Positions 1 through 7,326 of a stretch of DNA of 64,000 nt are shown piece after piece (position 1 is the stretch's first letter; each line of letters opens with the position of its first letter). Both the position numbers and the translations under genes were made by a program. The DNA comes from Candidatus Saccharimonadota bacterium (lineage in GTDB: Bacteria; Patescibacteriota; Saccharimonadia; Saccharimonadales; Saccharimonadaceae): NCBI GenBank assembly GCA_028286395.1, contig JAQBRS010000004.1, forward strand, positions 29,949 through 93,948, given 5' to 3'. The notes under the pieces are model-generated. The model did no database searches, was not told the origin of the DNA, and was given only the letters and a program-made list of their open reading frames with translations.

Positions 1-962
1 TTCGCAACGTATGGTTTCTTTGATTTACCGAGCAGGTGGCGTGCAACGAAGATACCGTCCCTTAGTGCAGTCTGCGCAAGGCCACTGAACTGCGTGAAGG
101 CGTTATCACCAATCACGTAGACATCAGGACTTGAACGAAGGTATTCGTCGACAACGACTTTGTGGTTCTTCGAAATTTCGAATTGACCAGCATTCGCTTC
201 GAAAAAAGGACTGTTGGCAACGCCGGATGTCCAGATGACAGTGTTTGTCCTGATAGGCTTGCCACTCACGATAAGGCTATCGATGGTTTGTTCTTCAACT
301 TTCTTGTTTAGCTCGACATGGACGCCGAGCTTCGTCAGACGTTCGTGGACTAATTGGCTGGTTTTTTCCGACATGCGTGGGAGCACGCGTGGCGCGGCCT
401 CGATGATAGAGATCTTCATACGTGGTTCTGGTTTATTGAAGTGTTCTTTCAGGTCGTTAAGGTATGTCCCAAGTGCAGCCCCAAGCTCAACACCAGTCGG
501 GCCGGCACCGACGATGAGGAAGTCCTTGTCGGCACCTTCCGGCTTTGAGAACTCATCAAGCAAGTGTTGCTTCAAACGAGCAATTTCAGCTGCAGATTTA
601 ATGCCGTAGGCGTATTGATCAAGTCCTTTGATACCAAAGTATGTCGTGACTGAACCAAGTGCCAGGATAAGCGTATGGTACGTATACTTCGCACCAGAAA
701 TAGCTCTGAGGGTTTTGGTTGCTTTGTCGATCGTTGAGATCGTATCGATAACAACTTGAATATTATTGATACCCGCAAAGATTTCACCAAGTGGTACCCA
801 TGCTTGTAGGTGACTTCGTCCGGTTGCGGCGCTGTAAAGGCCTGGGTAGTACTGAAAATCGGTCTTGTCACTAATGAGCGTAATCTTAGACTTTGGGTCT
901 TTTGATAGCTCCAGGGCAGCTTTCACTCCACCGAAGCCACCGCCTACAATCGTAATGTGCAT
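1..962 (-). CDS. NAD(P)/FAD-dependent oxidoreductase, type II NADH dehydrogenase (NDH-2)-like; 3' end runs off the window
   Basis: Manual translation from ATG 962: MHITIVGGGFGGVKAALEL (FAD-binding GxGxxG), ILALGS, second motif IVGAGPTGVELGAAL, IEAAPRVLP, VYVIGD. Absent from the ORF track because the stop lies outside the window. Confidence 0.88.
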   Translation of the reverse strand, partial: MHITIVGGGFGGVKAALELSKDPKSKITLISDKTDFQYYPGLYSAATGRSHLQAWVPLGEIFAGINNIQVVIDTISTIDKATKTLRAISGAKYTYHTLILALGSVTTYFGIKGLDQYAYGIKSAAEIARLKQHLLDEFSKPEGADKDFLIVGAGPTGVELGAALGTYLNDLKEHFNKPEPRMKISIIEAAPRVLPRMSEKTSQLVHERLTKLGVHVELNKKVEEQTIDSLIVSGKPIRTNTVIWTSGVANSPFFEANAGQFEISKNHKVVVDEYLRSSPDVYVIGDNAFTQFSGLAQTALRDGIFVARHLLGKSKKPYVA

Positions 963-1036
963 GTTTTTATGTGTTCCACTTATGGTTGGTTATATACCCG
1001 TATAATAGGGGTATTACAGATATAAATCAAGGGGAT

Positions 1037-1072
1037 AAAAAATAGCCCGTCTGTAATGACTGGGCTATTTTT
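1037..1072. terminator. Intrinsic terminator hairpin downstream of the FMN reductase gene
   Basis: aaaaaatagcccgtc-tgtaat-gactgggctattttt: inverted repeat with A/T tracts on both sides. Confidence 0.75.
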
Positions 1073-1087
1073 GTGGAGGAACTTTTA

Positions 1088-1618
1088 CTATACAATTTCG
1101 TCAATTGCTGTTTTGATTTTTTCTGTAACACTTGCTTCGTCAAGAGCTGTTCCATCAACATTAATGTCCTTCATGAAGGCGAGTTCAGCAGGGTTGTGCT
1201 TGTAGTCAGCCTTAAGCCATGGGAGGATATGATCCAAAGCAGCGATAGATAGTGAACCACCGGTCCACCCATATCCAATGATAGCGATTGGCTTGTCGAT
1301 CCATTCGTTCTTGAGTGAGTCGATAGCATTCTTTTGGATTGCATTCAGTGAGTGGTTGTACTCGGGAGTGAGCCAAACGATCGCATTTGCTTCAGTGACA
1401 AGCTTGCCCCACTTGATAACTGCGGGGTCAGTTGGGATGTAGTCTGGTGACGCAGGCGCAAGTTCGTGCGCATAGAAAGGAAGGTTAATGTCCTTAAGAT
1501 CAGCGACAACGATATTCACACCATCGCGTGTATGAAGGTCTTTCTTTACGAGATCAAAAATATTATCCGCGGCACGGCCTTTGCGAGCGCTCGATAGCAC
1601 AACTAAAACATTTGACAT
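1088..1618 (-). CDS. NADPH-dependent FMN reductase (flavodoxin-like fold)
   Basis: N-terminal VLSSARKGR, TPEYNHS..QKNAID, W.DKPIAIIGYG; AAGGAG RBS upstream. Confidence 0.88.
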   Translation of the reverse strand: MSNVLVVLSSARKGRAADNIFDLVKKDLHTRDGVNIVVADLKDINLPFYAHELAPASPDYIPTDPAVIKWGKLVTEANAIVWLTPEYNHSLNAIQKNAIDSLKNEWIDKPIAIIGYGWTGGSLSIAALDHILPWLKADYKHNPAELAFMKDINVDGTALDEASVTEKIKTAIDEIV

Positions 1619-1726
1619 GAAATATGACTCCTTTTCATTCCGGAAATCGCAGGAGCGACGGGCAATGGTCTAATTTATTAGTATCTTTAGTATAGCATGA
1701 TTGCTATACATAATATAGTATTTATT

Positions 1727-3028
1727 CTATTTCTTTAGATCGAAAATAACAAGATTTTCAATGTGTGGCGTGCGAGGGAAGAAGTTGTAGCCCTGGTGCG
1801 AAGTGATTTCATATTTCTCTAATAGAAGGGCAACGTCACGAGCTTGAGTGACGGGGTTACATGACAGGTAAATGATGCGAGCAGGTGTCGTTTCAAGCAA
1901 ACGCTCAATAATAGTCTTGTCCAGTCCTGCACGAGGCGGATCAACAATGATAGTCGCATCGCCAGTAATAAAGTCGAGGGCTTTTTCGCTCGGTGCGTGG
2001 ACAGCTTGAGCATTCTTTATTTTCAAACGGTCGATATTTTCTTTCATCTCACGGACAGCACCCTCGTTGATTTCAACGAGGGTCAAGTCACCGGCGCCAA
2101 TCGTCAGGCCGATTGTTCCCACGCCGCTATATAGGTCGACAGTAGGTTTCGCAGGGTCAACAAATGCTTTCATATCAAGCAACGCTTTTTGGTAGACAGG
2201 TAGGTTAATTTGGAAGAAGCTTTCAGTTGCGTAGCTAAACGGCACGTCGTTGATTGTGTCAGTCAGCGGAACCTTGCCCCATTCTTGAAGCCGTTTCGTG
2301 ATGACGCTGGCTGGGCTGTTGGGATTCGAATAAATCATTTCAAAACCTTTGACGCCAAGCGCTTCAATATCAATTGGACGGATCGGGTTAAATGATTCGC
2401 TCTTTACATACAGTTGCATTGAAACGTCGCCTTGTTGGTTGGCGCGAACAAGCAGGGTCTTTAGTGAAAAACCGGTTGCGTGGTGCGCGCGAAGCAGGTC
2501 ACGCATCGCAAGCGCCGTCTTATTAATACTATCCATCGCAAGGTGACTACCTTCGACAGGAACTTTACTGTGGGTGCCACGGCCGAAGAAGGCGAGGTCA
2601 AGCTGTTCGGTTTCTTTGTCCCAGTACCAACTGAATTCCATTTTGTTTCGGTAGCCGAATTCGTGATCGTCAGAATAAACATCGATAGTGCCAGGAAGGG
2701 TGACGCCATGTAGTGCAAAGGCTTCTTTAATAAGTTCGGCTTTGTGCTGTTGCTCGCTAGCGAATTTCATAATCTGCCACGGACTGGTAGAGACGTAGCT
2801 GCCTGGATCAAGGGCTTCGATGCGATCTTTGGCTGGCTTTAAGACTGAGATAACGTAGCCTTCTGCGAAACTATTTTTTTTGCGGAAAAGCTGGACTTCA
2901 ACCTCTTCGGTCGGTAATCCACCCCATACAAAAAGTTTGCGGCCATCGTCCATGGTCGCGAGAGTTTGTCCGCCGCCAACAATCTTTTCGAGGGTGACAG
3001 TAACGATAGGGAAGGGTCGTTTACTCAT
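1727..3028 (-). CDS. rlmD: 23S rRNA m5U methyltransferase, RlmD/TrmA family, with TRAM domain
   Basis: N-terminal TRAM-like strand pattern, SFFQIN, DLYSGVGTIGL, VDPPRAGL, IIYLSCNP (catalytic Cys), FFPRTPHIE. Confidence 0.85.
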   Translation of the reverse strand: MSKRPFPIVTVTLEKIVGGGQTLATMDDGRKLFVWGGLPTEEVEVQLFRKKNSFAEGYVISVLKPAKDRIEALDPGSYVSTSPWQIMKFASEQQHKAELIKEAFALHGVTLPGTIDVYSDDHEFGYRNKMEFSWYWDKETEQLDLAFFGRGTHSKVPVEGSHLAMDSINKTALAMRDLLRAHHATGFSLKTLLVRANQQGDVSMQLYVKSESFNPIRPIDIEALGVKGFEMIYSNPNSPASVITKRLQEWGKVPLTDTINDVPFSYATESFFQINLPVYQKALLDMKAFVDPAKPTVDLYSGVGTIGLTIGAGDLTLVEINEGAVREMKENIDRLKIKNAQAVHAPSEKALDFITGDATIIVDPPRAGLDKTIIERLLETTPARIIYLSCNPVTQARDVALLLEKYEITSHQGYNFFPRTPHIENLVIFDLKK

Positions 3029-3082
3029 TTACTGGTCTTATTATAGTCTATAAGGGGTAAATAGCCTATAATCAGATACGAT

Positions 3083-3817
3083 ATGGCACGTCTCGATAAT
3101 TATTCTCAGCACAACCTCCGCGGCCAGGACTTTATTAAAGAACTGATTGGGCACACGAACATTAAACCCACCGACCTTGTTTATGACATTGGTGCTGGTA
3201 CGGGTGTGATTACTGCAGCACTTGCTCAGAAAGCAAAGTTTGTTGTTGCGATTGAGTTCGAGCCGCAAGCGGCCGCAAAGCTACGCGAGAATATCGAAGG
3301 ACACTACCCAAACGTTGATATTATTGAAGGCGATTTTTTAAAGTTAGAACTGCCAAACAAGCCCTACAAGATCTTCGCGAATATTCCGTTCCACCTGAGT
3401 TCGCCGATTATTCATAAGATTACTGAAAATGTGAATCCGCCCTCTGCTGCATACTTAATCGTGCAAAAACAATTTGCGAACAAATTATTGCCAAATTCGG
3501 ATAAGTTTACAGGACAACTCGGCATGATGATCGGTCCAACCTTCGGTGTTCGTATTCGGCGTCCACTAAAACGATCTGACTATACGCCACCGCCGGCCGT
3601 CGACACAGTGTTGATTGAAATCAAGAAACGCGACGAGCCGTTTATTCCGCTGAATGAAATGGAGAAGTATCGTGGGTTCATCGAAGGCTGTTTTTCAGAT
3701 CCTAAGATTTTTGCGAAGACACCGCAGAAAAAGATTGGACTGCCTGCGGGGATTAAGCCATCTGAGATGCGATTACATCAATGGGTAGAGTTGTTCAACG
3801 AGTACAAATTCAAATAG
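3083..3817 (+). CDS. rRNA adenine N6-methyltransferase, Erm/KsgA family (more Erm-like)
   Basis: SQH motif, DIGAGTG SAM-binding loop, NIPF catalytic motif, YTPPPAVDT; C-terminus QWVELFNEYK resembles the end of Erm proteins. Confidence 0.8.
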   Translation: MARLDNYSQHNLRGQDFIKELIGHTNIKPTDLVYDIGAGTGVITAALAQKAKFVVAIEFEPQAAAKLRENIEGHYPNVDIIEGDFLKLELPNKPYKIFANIPFHLSSPIIHKITENVNPPSAAYLIVQKQFANKLLPNSDKFTGQLGMMIGPTFGVRIRRPLKRSDYTPPPAVDTVLIEIKKRDEPFIPLNEMEKYRGFIEGCFSDPKIFAKTPQKKIGLPAGIKPSEMRLHQWVELFNEYKFK

Positions 3818-3820
3818 ACA

Positions 3821-3862
3821 TGAAATCGTCGCGCTCTACTGAAAGAAACGCGACGTATTTCA
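3821..3862. terminator. GC-rich hairpin between convergent transcripts
   Basis: tgaaatcgtcgcg ... cgcgacgtatttca: 13-bp stem with a single bulge. Confidence 0.55.
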
Positions 3863-3886
3863 CCCAAGGATCTGGATAGGTGTCGG

Positions 3887-4036
3887 CTAAACCCAGCCGT
3901 ATGTTTTCGTGCACTTGGGGTTGCCAGTGCACTTGGGGTGGGGCTCGGCTACGGCGGAGTTGGTGCCATTACAGGCATTACAGCTCTCATCGTTGCAGCA
4001 TTCCCCGCTTATATAGACGTACCGTTTTCGTGCCAT
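3887..4036 (-). CDS. Small Cys-rich peptide, 49 aa (MARKRYVYISGECCNDESCNACNGTNSAVAEPHPKCTGNPKCTKTYGWV)
   Basis: Manual translation; AGGA 6 nt before ATG 4036 (alternative ATG at 4042); starts just after the stop of the upstream small ORF; below the ORF-track size cutoff. Confidence 0.5.
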   Translation of the reverse strand: MARKRYVYISGECCNDESCNACNGTNSAVAEPHPKCTGNPKCTKTYGWV

Positions 4037-4051
4037 TGTCATTCCTAACTA

Positions 4052-4285
4052 CTAGAGGGGCTTGACGTCGATCTGGGACCAGAGGACGAAGAAATGGTGT
4101 CGTCTCCAATTGTCGCCATACTTTTTATCGCAGGCTTTCTTGAAGTCGGAGCACACATATTTGCGTGCTGTGTCGCGAGCCTTAAGGTTGGTGCCATTAA
4201 GGATCTCGAGTGTCGTGGGGCTGATATAAATATCTGCCTCGAATCGGTCAACATGTTTGACATGGTGAGTCGGCTCATGAGCCAC
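4052..4285 (-). CDS. Hypothetical protein, 77 aa
   Basis: AGGAGG 8 nt upstream of GTG 4285; TATAAT on the minus strand near 4342-4347. Confidence 0.6.
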   Translation of the reverse strand: MAHEPTHHVKHVDRFEADIYISPTTLEILNGTNLKARDTARKYVCSDFKKACDKKYGDNWRRHHFFVLWSQIDVKPL

Positions 4286-4421
4286 TGTTCTCACCTCCTA
4301 TCTGATTGAGGGTGAAATGTGCACACCGAAGTGTTGATGATATTATATCACAAATGGACAATTAAATCAATACATGAGCCTATAATTAATCTGATATACT
4401 AAAAAAGCTAAACAATTAAAC

Positions 4422-4583
4422 ACGTATCCAGAGTGCAGCGAGAGATCTAGCTCTATGACCTGCCGGCAACCAGCCTTCGTATCTATTATGAAGACAACGG
4501 TGCCCCTTCTAGCCCTAACGGGAAGATAGACGTTCACTCCTTCTACCTTTCCTGTTACGGCGCGAAAGATACGTAGAAGGAGT
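4422..4583 (+). ncRNA. SAM-I (S-box) riboswitch with translational (RBS-sequestering) expression platform
   Basis: S-box core words ATCCAGAG (4426-4433), GGCAACC (4465-4471), GGTGCC (4499-4504), AAGAT (4523-4527). Perfect 11-bp helix actccttctac (4536-4546)/gtagaaggagt (4573-4583) covers the metK RBS. Lies directly upstream of metK. Confidence 0.85.
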
Positions 4584-4589
4584 ATTTTT

Positions 4590-5552
4590 ATGTCAATTTT
4601 TAAAACAGCCGAGAGCGTCTCACCAAAACATCCAGACAAGATTTGTGATCAGATATCTGATGCGATATTGGATGCGCATTTAATGGAAGACCCAAATGCG
4701 CGTGTTGCCGTCGATGTTGCCGGCGGGCACGGCGTCGTCTTTGTGACGGGTGAAGTAACGTCAAAGGCAAAGAATGTTGATGTCGTGGCGATTGTGAAGC
4801 GACTGGCGGGTGACGTTGAAGTTATCGAGCATATTGCAGCGCAGAGTCCCGAGATTGCACAGGGCGTTGATACCGGTGGTGCGGGTGATCAGGGAATTAT
4901 GGTTGGGTATGCGACGAACGAAACTGTTGAATTATTACCTTTAGAATTCGTGCTTGCTCGTAAGTTGAACCAGTATTTATATAAGATTTGGCCATATGAT
5001 GGGAAGACGCAGGTGACGACAAAAGACGGTAAGATTGTATCGATTGTCGCAAGTTTCCAGCATGCGCCACAAGCCAAGCTACAGGCGAGTGTCTTGGACT
5101 GGGTAAAACAAGAACCGACTGCCGTCGCCAGCGAAGATGTTTCATTACACGTTAACCCAGCAGGGGATTGGGAACTGGGTGGCTTTGATGCCGATGCTGG
5201 ACTGACTGGTCGCAAACTGATCGTTGATAATTATGGTCCACGTATTCCAATCGGTGGAGGCGCATTTAGTGGCAAAGATCCAAGCAAGGTTGATCGATCA
5301 GCTGCGTATATGGCACGAAAGGTAGCGGTTGATTATTTGAAGGCGCGTGATGCGAAAGAAGTCTTTGTGTATTTGGCGTATGCGATTGGGTATGATCAGC
5401 CACTAGAAGCTACTGTGGTAATTGATGGCAAAGAGGAAATTGTCGAAGGGTATGATTTGTCACCGAATGGGATTATTAAGACGTTGGATTTGAAGCGACC
5501 TATTTATGAGACGACGGCGAGATATGGGCACTTTGGTTATGAGGACGAGTAA
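4590..5552 (+). CDS. metK: S-adenosylmethionine synthetase (short form)
   Basis: ESVSPKHPDKICDQISDA, GAGDQGIMVGYA, GLTGRKLIVDNYG, GGGAFSGKDPSKVDRSAAY, TARYGHFG. Confidence 0.97.
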   Translation: MSIFKTAESVSPKHPDKICDQISDAILDAHLMEDPNARVAVDVAGGHGVVFVTGEVTSKAKNVDVVAIVKRLAGDVEVIEHIAAQSPEIAQGVDTGGAGDQGIMVGYATNETVELLPLEFVLARKLNQYLYKIWPYDGKTQVTTKDGKIVSIVASFQHAPQAKLQASVLDWVKQEPTAVASEDVSLHVNPAGDWELGGFDADAGLTGRKLIVDNYGPRIPIGGGAFSGKDPSKVDRSAAYMARKVAVDYLKARDAKEVFVYLAYAIGYDQPLEATVVIDGKEEIVEGYDLSPNGIIKTLDLKRPIYETTARYGHFGYEDE

Positions 5553-7024
5553 GATTTCAGGAATTCCTTATCATTTAAATGTTTTTTAAGATCTAACTTG
5601 GCAATTTCCCTTAGCGGATCAAGTACATTTTGAATAAAATCGTTCTCTTTTTTTAAAAGATTTGAATTTAATAAGATATTTTCTGCAGAATCTATATTAT
5701 CAATGATTTCCAGAAGTGATTCTTCTAGAATAGAATTCCAAAATATTCGCTGTAGATTTTCTGTAAGTTCATCAAGTTCCTGTTGACCCTTTTGTACTCT
5801 TGCAGATCTAAGTAATTTTGAAACGACATAGTTTATGTGACCATTTTTTAAGTCTTCTTTCCAATCTTTGACATCATCCCCAATTTGTCTAGCGATTAAG
5901 TACTTATTCAATGCGTCATTAAGAGATTTTTCCTGTGCGATTGGAGTCTTGTTGAGTTTAAGGAGTAGTTTAGGTCCAAGAACATGACCAACCGATCTTT
6001 GTGCTAGGAAATCCCCATCTCCATAATCGGGAGGGTTGTCTATGAAAATATACCCATCTTTAACAATAAATCTGCAGTTCTCTAATTCCCAAAGGTTTGA
6101 GTTGTCGACTGAATCATAGTGAAGATTTATAAAATCAGTTTGTGCAGAAAATTTTTGCGTATATGCTTGGTAGGATAGTCTGTGCATGATATTTGCCAAA
6201 GATAATTGTGGCGGCGATCCTTCCTCGTCAATAAAGTCATCGTATATCGTGTATGCAATCCACGCATAAATATTAGCTACACCGAGGTGGTAACTCAATT
6301 CCAAATCACTTTTTGTTGGGCATTTAACTAATGAATTTACAAAATAGAAACTCAAGAGCGATATTTCACTTCTTTTGTCTACGGATATGATTTTATCTAA
6401 AAATGCGATACCTATTTTTTCTATGGTAGGGTTTAGTTTCTTTATCTCTTTTTTAGCAATTAAGTATGGTCGATTTATTTTACTTTTTTTGTGGTCGTTG
6501 TGGTTTGTTCGTTTTGATAGACCTAACGCACTCCTCTGAAATTCTGTTTTTGGGATTAGTTTTTGGTTTAGTAAAAATTTCTCTAAATTTGGTAGCGGTG
6601 AATCAAAAGTTCGGAATAGTTGTGCGATTAGGGTATTAGTATATAGGTCATTCTTAGATAAGTACGGGCCACCGATTTCTAATTCTGAGCTAATAAGTCT
6701 TTTGGCTAGTATTCCTAATATGTCACCAGTTATTAAGTTTGGATTTGCAAGGTATAATATATGGATTTGAATAATTAATTTATCTATAGAATAGTCCCGA
6801 GTCCACACTTTATAATCTTCGGCCATTGCCTGTATATGATTACTGTATTTATTCAGATTGTCATTAAGATACGCATTTACTAACGTAGAAAGGTTGATCT
6901 TCACACTGGTATTCTCGCTTAGATGGTTAAGGTGGTGTTCGAGATTAAATTTATCTCGAACACCGTCTTTGTCAGTCGAACCAAGGTGTTTCGACGTCGC
7001 TTTTTTCAGCAAGCTTTGCTTCAA
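5537..7024 (-). CDS. Class I isoprenoid-synthase-fold (trans-IDS-like) enzyme with an extra N-terminal domain; candidate ComQ-like peptide prenyltransferase. True start may be downstream (e.g. GTG 6904).
   Basis: First Asp-rich motif LGVANIYAWIAYTIYDDFIDEE; second motif RQIGDDVKDWKEDLKNG; AT-rich sequence. Confidence 0.7.
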   Translation of the reverse strand: MKQSLLKKATSKHLGSTDKDGVRDKFNLEHHLNHLSENTSVKINLSTLVNAYLNDNLNKYSNHIQAMAEDYKVWTRDYSIDKLIIQIHILYLANPNLITGDILGILAKRLISSELEIGGPYLSKNDLYTNTLIAQLFRTFDSPLPNLEKFLLNQKLIPKTEFQRSALGLSKRTNHNDHKKSKINRPYLIAKKEIKKLNPTIEKIGIAFLDKIISVDKRSEISLLSFYFVNSLVKCPTKSDLELSYHLGVANIYAWIAYTIYDDFIDEEGSPPQLSLANIMHRLSYQAYTQKFSAQTDFINLHYDSVDNSNLWELENCRFIVKDGYIFIDNPPDYGDGDFLAQRSVGHVLGPKLLLKLNKTPIAQEKSLNDALNKYLIARQIGDDVKDWKEDLKNGHINYVVSKLLRSARVQKGQQELDELTENLQRIFWNSILEESLLEIIDNIDSAENILLNSNLLKKENDFIQNVLDPLREIAKLDLKKHLNDKEFLKSYSSS

Positions 7025-7082
7025 CGGCTTGGCTGCTTCGTAAATTCGAGTCAGTTAATACTTTTTGTAGAGTATCAATCAT
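6972..7082 (-). CDS. 36-aa candidate precursor peptide MIDTLQKVLTDSNLRSSQAVEAKLAEKSDVETPWFD
   Basis: Manual translation; GAGGGAAAGGA RBS ends 9 nt before ATG 7082; in-frame stop just upstream, so this is the only start; lies immediately 5' of the IDS-like gene; below the ORF-track cutoff. Confidence 0.65.
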   Translation of the reverse strand: MIDTLQKVLTDSNLRSSQAVEAKLAEKSDVETPWFD

Positions 7083-7326
7083 TGCATATTATCCTTTCCC
7101 TCATTAATCTTAAGCATTTCGACATAATGCTTCGGTTATTTAACCCGATTAGGAATGGAGAAAGATATTTGAGTCAGTGAAGGCTTAACGGTGTCTCAGA
7201 TGCTGTTCCTGTAATTAGCATAGCATAAGCTTAAATTTAACCATATACTTGCTTGTTTTTAGATTGGTATACATATTACATAATGAACGGCGTATAATAC
7301 CCACTAAAGGGTGCTAAGGAGGTACC

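Noticed and set aside
214-871. Track ORFs 214..609, 354..548 and 572..871
   Set aside because: Shadows of the real minus-strand NDH-2-like gene (1..962), which has clear dinucleotide-binding motifs.
4045-4639. Track ORFs 4045..4278 (-), 4094..4309 (+), 4367..4639 (-) and 3880..4065 (+)
   Set aside because: No suitable RBS. They overlap the RBS-supported small ORFs or the SAM riboswitch and metK start.
6858-7180. Plus-strand ORFs 6858..7043 and 6923..7180
   Set aside because: Antisense to the peptide/IDS unit, with no RBS or recognisable motif.
7079-7221. Mini ORFs upstream of the peptide: ATG-CAA-TGA (7087-7079) and MLITGTASETPLSLH (7221-7174)
   Set aside because: Too short to support. The second has no RBS, and its ETP match to the peptide is probably chance. 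The first could affect initiation, but sequence alone cannot show that.
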